Shown here piece by piece: positions 49,229 through 60,555 of a DNA stretch of 64,000 nucleotides. Numbering within the stretch: position 1 is the first letter of the stretch; every line of letters begins with the position of its first letter. Origin of the DNA: Amphiscolops sp. MND2022 (lineage: Eukaryota); contig OZ076409.1 in NCBI GenBank assembly GCA_964187785.1, forward strand, positions 56,856,001-56,920,000. Reading direction: 5' to 3'. The notes under the pieces were generated by a model, which made no database searches, had not been told where the DNA came from, and saw nothing but the letters and a program-made list of their open reading frames with translations. The translations under genes were made by a program, and so were the position numbers.

Positions 49229-52200
49229 CTAGTATCTGTATTCTTCAGTGAAGTTGGGGTTGGGGTTAGGTCGAAGATTGTATCTCCCTCCTCTAGAGTT
49301 TTCTTCAGAATTTTCTTTTTCCGATATTCCGGGCACGGTAATATCTGCGCCTCTATATGAAACATTTCCTGCATCTTGTAAATCATTAGTGACGTCATTT
49401 TCATTTTGCGTACTATTAATCTTTTCATCCCATAGTGACGACACGTCTCGGCTATTACGCGATTGCGTTCGCGTTTCGTTCTCGTTGACGTCATCCTCGT
49501 TAGAGCGTTCGCTGTGTCCTTCATTCTCGCTTGCGCTGCCACGTTCATTCTCGATGACGTACTTTTCTACGCTGCCGTCCTCAGTGTCGGTCGGCCGGCG
49601 TGTGGCCACGTCGGTCCAATCGACTTTTCTCGGTTCAAATAATTCGTATTCGAAATCCACTTCCCATGAGATACTGTACAAGTCGTCCTGTGGTACTACA
49701 ATCTCATTGTCAGGTTGTAATTTTTCGCCATCATATTTGTCCTCTAAGGGGGCATTTGGAGCGAATTTCTTTCGTCTAATACGATGGAGTATTTGCGTTT
49801 TATTAGTATTCAATCGACGCACAATGTAATTGTCATTGGACAATACTGTCTGAACGACAGAGGGGCCAATCCAGCGGTATTCCCTAAATGGGATTTTTGA
49901 TGCTTGGTTATCCGCTTTAGGTTGTAAAACGAAGCAATAATCCTTCTCTTCAAGCGGAGCGGCTTTGGCCTTTCGGTCGTAATAGTCTTTGTTTTTTAAA
50001 TAGGACTGCATAATGTTCTTTTTAGTCTGGACAATGAGGATTTGTGTCCTCTGTTGTACTTCCTCCGCAAATTCCGTAGTTGGCAAGAAATTTTTATTGG
50101 GGTTATTTCCCAATTTGTGATCTAGGACGTTAAAAGGAATTCTGCCATGAAAGATTTTACTCGGCTCACATCCAATACTGGAGTGGTATGTAGTATTGTA
50201 GTTGAGCACGGCCAATGGCAAATATTTATGCCACTGACGTCGATATTCCCCTGAGGCCATTTTCAAGTTGGTCTTGAGTGAGGCGTGCGTCCTCTCGAGC
50301 TTGCCAATTGTTTGCGTGTGCTTTGTAGTGGCGCATTTGAGTGTTATGCCTAAAAGTTGAGTTATCTCAGCTATGATGGTTGATGTAAATGCGGACCCTT
50401 TGTCCGTAATAAGAGTTGTCGGTAAATATGAATGTTTCGTCATAATGTCTATTATTACTTTGGCTACACTTGTGGCTGTTGCCTCAATTAGCGGGTAGGC
50501 GAATAGGTATCTTGAAAAAACATCAATAGCTGTCATTACTGTTTGGTAGCCTCCACTGGTCGGTAGATTTGGTAACAAATCAATTTGCATGGCGTCTTCA
50601 GGACCGAGGTCCCATTCGGGCAGATTTAGCAATTCCGGTGTAATAGTATTATTAGGGACTCTTTTGTCTCTGGCACACGTTTCGCAGCCTTCTACCCATT
50701 TTTTGACATGTTTAGCTATTCCGGGATAGTAGTATTTTTGGCGAATTTCTTGTAGCATTTTAGATATGCCTGGGTGTCGGTGTGCCATGCCATGTATTGC
50801 TTGTAGTAATTCTTTCAACAAATGTTTTGGCAGTAGAATCTGGTGGTATTTGATTTGGCCTGTTTCATCATAGTATTTCCAGTCACGATTTCGTCTTTGA
50901 GGACAATTCGGTCTAGGTTATTCAAATAATGTCTATACCGAATGTCTTGATGGAGGATTTCTTCAGAGTATTCCTCATTCCGAATTTTTGCTTTTTATTG
51001 AAGCAAGATCGGATCTTTGGATTGTTCTAGCAGTATTTGGTTAGTTCTGCGTAGTTTCTGCGTGAAATTAGTATATTCTTCTACAACGTTTCCAGATATG
51101 GCATCAATCTGGATGGCGGTCTCTGCGACCTTGAGTCCTGTTTTCGACTGCCTTTTTCGTTCCCAAATTTGTACTTCCGTTTCATTGTCTTCCTCAGTAA
51201 AGAATACTTGTTCTACTTCGGACACACCGGCCGATTGTACATTGACCTCAATAGGTTGTGTTTCAACGTCCGCACGAATCTTCAGGACTAACTTTTCATT
51301 AGGGTCCATTTCCATACGGGACAAGTAGTCTGCCGCTGTACTGTTTTTGCCTGGAATGTGAGCTATAGTGAAATTGAACTTAATGACAAAATCACAAGCA
51401 TTCCATAATGGCGGCGGTACGATCTTGGTCTGGAAGAACCTTGTGACCGATTTGTTGTCCGTAAGGATAATTACCGGTTTGGGTGTCCCCCAGAATGTAT
51501 GTCCGAATTCTTTAAATGCGTAATATATAGCGAGAAATTCTTTCGCATATATCGACATTTTGAGTTGGGAAGGAATAAAAGTTTTCGAACCATAAGCAAT
51601 AGGCGCGTAGGATTTCTTGACAGAAGTGAATTTCTGGTTTGGGTCGTCTTCAGTGAGTATAGCGAATCCTGCTGCCGTAAAGCTGGCATCTGTCATCAGG
51701 ACTAGCTGTCGATTCGGCAGTGGTTGCCTCAGGGCTAACTGCCTACATCGATCCAGGTCTCTATTGATTTCGTTAAATTGTTCGATTAACTCGGATGTCA
51801 CTAAGACCTTCTCGTCCTTCTTGAGTAATTGAAAGAAGGGTACCAATTTTTCTGAAAGTCTCGGTATGTAGTTTCTGTAGTAATTGAGGAATCCGAGGTA
51901 TCTTTGCAAGGCCTTTTTGGATTTCGGGAATTTAGTTTTTTCTAGGAAGTTTGTAATAGCTTCCTTTTGAGGTTTGACGCCCTCAGGGGTGATTGTTCTT
52001 CCCAGAAAGTCTATTTCGGTTGCGCCGAAATGGCATTTGTGCTTAGTCAATTTTAATCCAGCCTCTCTGATGCATTCAAATGTGGCTCGGAGGTTTTTGA
52101 TCAAGTGTTCAGCATCATTTGCCGCTATGCCAATATCATCGACATATTGCGCACATTGATCAGCCTTGATAACTCGGTCCAAGGATTCCCTCAAAAAACT

Positions 52201-52752
52201 GGAGAAGGCCGACAGGGCTCTACTGAGTCCTTGAGCCAATCTTCTGTAAGCAAAGGTTCTGCTGGCAAAATTGGAGGCCAGCATTTCAATAGACCTTTGG
52301 TCTGCCATTTGAAGGCAGTGATATGCCTGTGAGCAATCGAGTTTGCAAAAAAGCTTCTTCCCGGCCATATGTTGCGCAGCATCCGTCAAGGTACTAACTC
52401 GGTGGTTATTATTAATATAATCATCGGAGATCAAATTGTTGATCTTCCTAAGGTCTACTAATACCCGAAGCTTCCCATTTGGCTTCTTTTGCGCAAAAAT
52501 AGGACTGGCGTGTTTTGAGAATGGTAATGTGGTTAAGATACCGTATTTGTGGAGTAACGCCAACTCAACCAGGATATCCTCTTTTAAATTGATGGGAGTC
52601 GGTAAGCTTTGGCTATAGGCAGGTGAGTCGTCCTTCGGGGTCAGTTTGACCGTGAACTCCTCGTTCATCCCAATATCAAACCTATGGCGGGCGAATATGT
52701 CGTGAAATTCTACTAAGAGAGCTTCTATTTGTTTGATTTCATGCTGCTGTAG
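49229..52752 (-). pseudogene. pol: Pol of element C: RT, RNase H, integrase; protease missing; stop at 50995 and frameshift near 50880
   Basis: RT: LRVLVDLRKIN, KLDCSQAYH, LAQGL, QYVDD, DFLGRTI. RNase H: TDAS, AKEF, TDNK, ADYLSR. Integrase: H-H-CETC, IDLL, ITDKGSAF, GKLERTH and GPY/F-like WIGP. Confidence 0.95.
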
Positions 52753-54430
52753 TCAGTCTTTTTGGTATTGGTTTGGCTTGAACTAGTAGCCGTCGAGTCA
52801 CTGGTTGTTTTAGATTTGCCTTCCGAGGTTGAAGCATTTGCATCCTTTTGCTCTGTCTGCAGTCTCTTGGGACGCAGGTGGGCACCAGCGCCCTGCCAAC
52901 ATCTTTCAATTGAATGGTTCTCTTTTTCCCGCATGTGTCACATGGTGGGTAAGTTGGGCGCTGTGGTTTTTTGCCATCTTTTTCCTCCCTTTCTTTTTTT
53001 TTCTTGAGTTTAGGACAGCTCTTGTAATAGTGTCCCGTTGCTTTACAATAGGAGCATTGGGCATCTTTGTTGGTATTGATGCCATTAGACAGCAAATTGC
53101 TCTGATTCGTGGACGCCGAGGCCATAGTGGCCATTGGCAAGTCATCTGACTCTTCTAGTGCATTGAGTTCTAGTTCTTTTTCGAGATGAGCAACAATTTC
53201 TTCGTACGTTCCGTTCTCCAACCGGGCCATGTTGACAGATTGTTTTAGTTTTGGTGGAAGTTTTGCGTATAGTAAGCTGTCAATCATGCTTTTGGCATTT
53301 TCGCCAAAAGCCTTTTCAGCCCCTTGGTTCAATTCTTCTAAGAAGTCCGGCAATTTCATGGTACTTGGGTCAAACGTCAGTCGGTGCCATTTGTGTTTTG
53401 CCGTTGCTTGGGATTCCGGTTTAACATACTTTCTCCGGAATATGACCAGTACGTCCTCCAGAGTCTGACGGTTGGTGGAATTTATGTTCCTGAATGTCTG
53501 TAATGCCCCTTTTCGTAACAATGAAAGAAAATGATTGATTTTCATCTGTTCTGTCATTGTAGGTTGCATTTTGATCATCGTATGGAACAAGTCCTCGAAA
53601 AGCTCAAATTTTTCGTTTTTCCCGTCGAATGTCATTGGCGTTGTTTGGACAGGTCTAATGGTCATATTGTGAGGTTTGTTCTGTAAATTGACTAATACAT
53701 CAGCCAATCTATTAAGCGGGTCCTGAGATGTCTCTGGGACCTCGAGGTCCGGGGCTGTCAGAGTCGCATCCAGAGAGACATTGTGGTTAGATTGTTGCCT
53801 CTCCAGGTTGGGGATTGAGTGGATTCGTCCAGTCAGAAATTCAGGGATTTGCTGTTGGGTGTAAATAGCTCCTGTCACCATGTAAGAACTTTGACCCGTG
53901 GTCTCTCTTAGATCTCCCACAGATCGTGAATCTTTCTTTGCAATCTTTGTTTTAGGCCCAGATGCGTTTTCCCTATTTTCCTGGCTACTAGGGGACGAAC
54001 TGGCCTCAGTGTCCCTGTGCCTCGTAGAGGACATTGAGTTAGCAATGTTTTGAATTTCTGGAATGACTCTTTCAGCTATAGCTGTTGTAATAGCTCTATT
54101 TATTTGACTATGCATCATTGACATCATAGAGTCCATTTCTTGAGATAATCCGAGGTTAAATTCATTTGAGAAAGTTTCAAAGAACTGTCTGACTTCATTT
54201 TGTCTCAGTAAGTCATTTTCATGCGAGTAATCTCTATATTCATTTTCTAGGTACGCGTTTGTATCAACGTCCCCGTGGGTCGACGACTGATCTATTGCTT
54301 CAGCTAATTCCCTTTCTATGGGATTATTATTGCTATTTCCCACCATCACGTCTAAGTTTTCAAAGTCGGACATCATGTCCATTTCTCTAGATTTCCTAGC
54401 TTTCGCTTTCTGACGTCTAGTAGAAGGCAT
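52725..54430 (-). pseudogene. gag: Gag of element C, starting inside the 5' LTR; frameshift in the second zinc knuckle near 52920
   Basis: 563-aa ORF with FDGKNEKFELFEDLF capsid-like region and CSYCKATGHYYKSC; CDTCGKK/NHSIERC is split across frames. Confidence 0.9.
53869..53880 (-). promoter_or_regulatory. PBS of element C, tRNA-Leu-like
   Basis: TGGTGACAGGAG directly after the LTR CA; one mismatch to TGGTGTCAGGAG, the complement of the tRNA-Leu(CAG) 3' end as recalled. Confidence 0.6.
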
Positions 54431-55375
54431 AAGAGATTATTGCAAGAGGTAAGAATTTAAATTAAGTTCTCAAGCTTGCAAACAGAGTTTATTTGAACGG
54501 TTTTAACAAACTGGTTCTAACGGTATCAAACAGTTGTTCCCCGGGGCTACGTGTCCCGGCTATATATACATGAATTTACATGACATTCAGTATTTCAACA
54601 GTCATGAGCTAAAAATAGCCTTAAGGGCTTTCTAAATATAGACTCAGCTATAAATAGCAACAATGACATTATCGTGACGTCACTCAGTTCAAAGGACTCC
54701 CCTGTTGGATGTTATGGCGGGAAGCCCGTGAGTCCGCAAATGCAATAAACAGCATACATGTATGAAATAAAACAGATTACATGCGTTTCAACATTTAACT
54801 GCTTTTCATGGAATTGTAAGTAATAGCACTCAGTCTTGCATCATTCATGAGTCCTTTTGGGACTAATTATGTATATTGTAAGTTATTAGAGCATCATCAA
54901 TTACGTAAGCAATAGCACTTACTGGTTAGCACCTTTAATTTAATTGTGGACTCAGTGTCCGAGTGACACGAGCGGACTAGCACTTTATCGACCGACGGCA
55001 TATGGCCGTCTAGTCCTTTGATTAAATAACTCAGTACAGCAACAAATGAAAGTATTACTGCACTCTGATTGGATAACGAGTTAATTGGACTGGTAGACCA
55101 AGGCGACAGGCAAGAAATCATTCGAACGCGTTTCCTTTACCTGTACGCCTTGGTGTCCAATTAACTTACGTATTAACACCAGTATATTAACTTTACATGT
55201 GATTATATAATACCAAACATATTGTGATATAAAATATGAGGTTTGCATGACTTCTTAAGATAATTTTAAGAGTTTTGTCTGTAAGTTTAATTTAGAGGAA
55301 GGGTGTAGGGCTGCACTTTCTTATAATCGTGGCAATGTGAATATACATTCCCATCACAGGCGGACGCCTGGGACA
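53881..55375 (-). repeat. 5' LTR of element C (1495 bp)
   Basis: Matches 38969-40463; TATATATA at about 54568-54561 and AATAAA at 54493-54488 on the minus strand, upstream of the gag ATG at 54430. Confidence 0.95.
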
Positions 55376-55550
55376 ATAATGTAGTAATAAGATTTTATTG
55401 TCTTTCTTAATACTTTGAAAATCTTTTTTTTTCATTTCACTTACCAAGAGGTTTGAGTAAAACATGAAAAATAATCTGAGTAGAACAAATAAAATGTGCG
55501 ATGATTGACTCTGAATTTAGGAGATTCTAATCGCAGCTAAGTATAAAATG

Positions 55551-56025
55551 TTTTTAGTCGGCGCTTCTGGAAGTGAAGCGCGACTATTATAGTGACTTTT
55601 TTCAATCCGCAGGAACTTATCAAAATAGTTCTACGAAGTTCATGTCAAATTGAATCATTTGGCCTAGCGAACTGAGCCAAAAGGTTTCCCCTCTTTTTCC
55701 GCGTAACATACAGTACAGAGCGAGACTAGAAATTCCCCGTTTCAGTTTTTCGTCATTGTGAGACTTTTTTTTCGAAAAAATGTCTTCCATTCAATTTTTT
55801 TGATGTTTAACGACAGAATGGATGTTGAAAAATCCCAAAATCCCTTTCAGTTTTTTTTCGGCAATGTGAAACTTTTAAAAAAAATTTCCCCAAACGGTCG
55901 CTTCAATTTTTTTATGTTTTGCAACAACGGTTGTTAAAAAATCCCAAAGGGTCCCCTTTCAGCGCGCCTTTTGCTATTTTTGAGTCTTGGATATGGCGTC
56001 GACTTATGCCGTTCCCCGGCTTGTT
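55551..56025 (+). mobile_element. HINE-like element
   Basis: Starts TTTTTAGTCGGCGC...GCGCGACT (stem-loop); ends GGCGTCGACTT, then the hairpin GCCGttcccCGGC, then TTGTT. Confidence 0.65.
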
Positions 56026-56064
56026 GAGGTATATTTTGGGTATTTGTAACCTATTAACGTACCT

Positions 56065-56158
56065 GATGAGTTGTCGCTGTTCCCAGTTGATATGAGAAAT
56101 CGCTTGATAAGAGTTGTCGCCTTTTTGGATTGATATGAGTTGTCGTCTGATATGAACT
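56065..56158. repeat. Degenerate minisatellite (GATATGAGTTGTCG units)
   Basis: About 5 imperfect copies visible. Confidence 0.6.
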
Positions 56159-56386
56159 TACACAATTTTTGTCAGAATAAGCCGCGTTTCAATTGTTACT
56201 TGAAATATTTGATTCTGAAACTTATTAACATATACTTGTAGGTTTAAAATGATTCGAACCCTCGATTAGTCAAGCATTTTTACACCTTATTCGTTCCTTT
56301 CTTCTATATTGCTGATGATGCCTGACAGACATAATTATTGACTAGTTGCTTACACTTGATATTTTTTTCAACAGAGCTTCACTGAC

Positions 56387-56745
56387 CTTTGAAGTATAAG
56401 AAAGAGAGTTCGATGAAGACATCTTCTTCCTTGCTAGATGTTTCCTCCATAATTTGCAGCACCTGTTGCAGTCCTTCAGGGTCTATGATGGCCAAGTAGT
56501 CCTTGGAAGTGCTTTTGAGTAGACCAACCTCGCAGTCGCCGATGCTGCCCAGAGTGAAATAGGAATACGTGCATTGACACATCTCGCTCACTCGTCCCGT
56601 GGAAAACATCAACAGCAACACTGGAACAACATCGATCAACATATCTATGCACGATGCATGCAAAACATCACGAAAAGTATCATCACTATCGCAATCCAAA
56701 AATGGGTTTGTTTTACCAAATGGTGATTGGTGGCAGGTATTTTTC
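56387..56745 (-). CDS. Candidate host-gene exon 1 (119 codons, KNTCHQSPF...ELSFLYFK)
   Basis: atctgcAG acceptor and AAAG|GTCAGT donor; open GC-richer frame (ORF 56379-56780); the phase-1 end fits exon 28062-28212. Product not recognised. Confidence 0.45.
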
Positions 56746-56778
56746 CTGCAGATAAGTTGGCATTTGTTGGATGAAAAC

Positions 56779-57468
56779 AAACAAGCCGAGAACGGCCAAA
56801 GTCGGCGCTATATCTAAGGCTCAAAAAGTGCAAAATTTTCAAAATATGCTCATGACGTTTTTTTATGAAAAACTGGCAAAAAAGTTTCACCCAAAGGAAG
56901 CCTTCCGTGCTGAGAAAACGCTTCAGAAGTTCGGATATAGCGGCTGGGACAAATGCGAGCACTTGTTTTCGAACCTCCGCCTCCTCCTCAGTGAAACGGA
57001 ATATACTTCGGAAATAACGTCAAAAATTCGCATATAGCGCTTTACTCCGGATACTACGTATTGAGAAAACCTAATGTCAGATGAAAATGACAATTTTGAA
57101 CAGTCCCATAGTGCCGAAAAATCTGAAAGGGGGACCCTTTGGGATTTTCAAACATCTATTATGTTCTAAAATATCAAAAAAATTGAAGGGGGGACCCTTT
57201 GGTACAATCAAAAAATTTTCGAAAAAAAATCTCATAGTGCCGAAAAAAAATCCAAGTTAAAAACACCCAGATAGCCAAAGTGGGGATCCTTAGTTGTTTT
57301 CAAGGTTCTGGACATCGGTTTTATAATTTTGGATGAGGTTCTAAGGTTTGCGGTATGTTTTTGTCAAACTGAACAAATGAACAAAAAAGTGGACCTTACG
57401 CGAGTAAAAAAAACTACCCACTGTAAGAGTCGGGCACATTTTCTACTAAAATGCGCCGACTAAAAAAA
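56779..57468 (-). mobile_element. HINE-like element
   Basis: Same termini as 28811-29430: aagccgagaacggcc aaagtcggcgct...agtcgggcacattttctactaaaatgcgccgactaaaaaa. Confidence 0.65.
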
Positions 57469-58967
57469 CGGGAGGTTGTTTTACGGGTTTGTTCATAGAA
57501 TATCATCTTTTATCTTTGAAACTTTTACACAGCGTGTAAAATGATCATGGCTTTTTGACCAGGTCTCAATCGAGTCATAGATAATCAGAACAATTTTTTA
57601 CATTTTCGATGTACTTAGTGATGTACTTAGGCTTATAATACTCGAAAGAATGGGCGACCACTTCTCACATGATTTCCATAAAAAATACATGACATTTTCC
57701 GTTTGTCATATATGGTTTCCACTTTTAAGCAAACAGTGACAGAAACAGAAAAAAAGCAAATTGGAGCGAAAAACAAACAAAACTAAATAGCAAAATCTCA
57801 AATCACGCCCAGTTTGAACGATTTTATGGGAAGATCAATCATTCGACTGCCTTTGATTTCTAATGAGTGGATATAAATTCAAGACAGCCGTCATCTCAAA
57901 TTAAGTTTTCGAGAGGTTTCAAAACCTGAGACTTTCAGAGGAGGACTCAAATTTATAATCTGTGGTCACTAATACGATTTAAACAACTTAACCTGTATTA
58001 AAAACAAAAGATTTGGAAATGATTATCTCAGATATTTCACGTGAATGGTTAAAATCACATGAAATCTCCTTGATTAAAAGAATTGTTAACAACGCGATAA
58101 ATAACCGCTTTAAAATTTGGTTTCCCTGTTTTTGGAGCGCTTTGCCAATCCTGTAAAGAAATCTAACAGAAAACCGATCGAAATAATTACATTTGTATAT
58201 AAGTTGGAACCGCATTTTGACCAGACAATTGAAAGACCAAACCCCATTTTAAAACGACCTTTTTTAAAAATATATTTTTGTCTGGCATAACTCTAAAAGA
58301 TATTCAACACACTGGTAAATAAAAACAGCGAATACGTTTTTCATGGGAACAATTGAAAGTTTTTAGGGAAAATGGGGTTCCAAAAAGTCCAAGTTCTTCT
58401 TTAAATGGTGAATTGAGCGCAACAGACTTCTGATATCGATTTGCTGGGTGAAAAGAGAAATGTTTTAATAATATGCAAGCTCGTCAGATAAACTGACGTT
58501 TTCAATAACATGCAAAGTTGGTTACTATTACAGATATTGAATCAGTGATTCGAGTTAGTTTTCCTTCCCGCAAAATCACCTGCATTCAAAAGCACTCCAG
58601 AAATTGTCAGTTTTTACTAAGCGTGTATCACCGACGGATGAACAGAATTTAATAAATAAAATTTAAAATTGATGATAAATTCGAAAACATTCGGTTTCTC
58701 AATTTATTTTCAATTGGTCGGCATAATTGAAATATTTATTTAGGCTTACTGTTTTATCACTTTGATTGATTGACATTTGCCAGAAATTTTGTTTCAATGG
58801 AAAAAATTTTTCGTTTGGAGTGAAAAACATCGAATCGCTCTGAGTTGAAAAGGGTCTCAAGACAACCTAACATTTAGAAGCCGAAACTTACAGCGGTTTT
58901 GGCATCTGCCGAGACGACAATGAAGAACCATGTCATACCTCATAAAGTACCTCAAATTAAATGTATA

Positions 58968-59760
58968 AAACAAGCCGGTATAAGTCGGCGCCATATCTAA
59001 GGCTCAAAAATAGCAAAAGGACATGAAAGTGTCAAAAAACTCAAAGCATCACACTCACAAAAAGTTTCAAAACACTTTCGAAAAACCCAAACGACCGAAC
59101 TGGCGCGCCAGGTGCCCGCTAGCGTGGGCCCCTGGCGCGCTAAAAGGGAGGACCATTTCGGATTTTTAAACATCCATTGGTGCAAAACATCAGAAAATTA
59201 AAGGCGGAAGAACTTTTTTTCGGAAATTTTTTTGGAAAAAAATCTTACAATGCCAAAAAAAACTGAAAGGGGGATCCTTTGGGGTTTTTCAACATCCAAA
59301 ACTTAGTTTGAACTTAGTTTTATACTTCAAACTTAGTTTTATAATCCCCAATACTATCACAACCAACTTTCAGAGGTCAAAAACGTTAGGACAAAACTTA
59401 AACGATGAAAAGTTGCTTAACAACAAGCTTTAACAGCCCCGATGATTTAGATATATCTCAACAACTCATGTTGTTTTTAGTCTGCGCCTTTATGAAATAA
59501 CAAGCCAGGAACAGCCCAAGTCAACGCCATATCTAAGGCTCAAAAGATACACTATTGTTCACTAAAGCTGTTGACAAATGCAATCTCAATTGCTTGTCAA
59601 CTTGTCAACAGCTTTAGTGAACAATAGAGTAGCAAAAGGACTCCAAAGAGTTTTTCTGTTTTCTTCCGAATTTTTTAACATCCATTCTGTAGCAAAATAT
59701 CAAAAAAAAATATGAAGGGGGACCCGTTGCAGACATTAAAAAGCCTCACAAAGGCGAAAC
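58968..59760 (-). repeat. Two truncated HINE-like copies (about 58968-59300 and 59498-59760)
   Basis: Both begin aacaagcc...aagtc(gg/aa)cgccatatctaaggctcaaaa and contain aaagggggaccc-type units. Confidence 0.6.
59550..59629. mobile_element. 80-bp MITE with TA target duplication (Tc1/mariner type)
   Basis: 28-bp TIRs (26 bp perfect: 59552-59577 and 59602-59627), TA on both sides; interrupts the HINE motif that is intact near 59000. Confidence 0.8.
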
Positions 59761-60555
59761 GTGGCACAAAAATTACCCAGGGGACGTGGTTTTAGTATTC
59801 AAAAACAGTCCTGTAGTACTGAAAACCTGACCCTAAAGCTTTACACTGGACTCAAATTACGTAAAATTCTGGGCGGGGGAATCGATAACGTCATACGAGA
59901 AGTGAAAACGGTATATCCGAACTTTGAAAACGCTACATCCGAACTTTGAAAACGATTTTATCCGAATTTATGTTTGTTAGATGTTATGTATGTTCTACAA
60001 GATGATTCTACTATGTCTGCAAATTGAACAAAATGAACAAAATTGATAGAAATTGATAAAATCTGGCATTTCATTGTTCTTGAAAAAAAGCAAGAAACGT
60101 TATATCCGGAATTCGTAAAATCCGGTTTGCGTTAAATCCGGTATGGGTTGGGTAGTTATATCGGGTATACGTTAAATCCGGTATGGGTTGTGTTATTGTC
60201 GAAGGGGACTCCTTTACTGTTCCAAGGTAGTTTGCAGACTGCCAAAATTGAAGGAACGAACTATTTTGGACAGTTCAGGTGTATCGAAAAAAACACAGAC
60301 GAAAACCCATGGCTATATACGACTCTTTTCTCAAGAAATGCAGCAACTAAAACGCAACTGTTATAGTGCCTTTCGAACATTTTTTTCCAATCTACACAAA
60401 CTGGTCAGAATAGTTCTCCGAAAGTTCTACCAAACTCAAAATCTTGAAATGTGGACTTCAGAAAACCTATAGAACTTAGCTGAAGTTTGTTTTCTGTTGT
60501 AAATTTCATTTTTGAAAGCTTCAACTACTCAATTTTCAGTTTCAAACAAGGCGTG

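Larger units (their letters stand above)
38969..55375 (-). mobile_element. Ty3/Gypsy LTR retrotransposon C (16.4 kb) with two accessory genes; defective copy
   Basis: LTRs 38969-40463 and 53881-55375 (about 10 differences), TSD ATAAT at 38964-38968 and 55376-55380, PBS, PPT, gag, and RT-RNaseH-INT in Gypsy order. Confidence 0.96.

Noticed and set aside
49248..53468. Plus-strand ORFs over gag-pol, such as 49248-49829
   Set aside because: Antisense shadows of real coding sequence.
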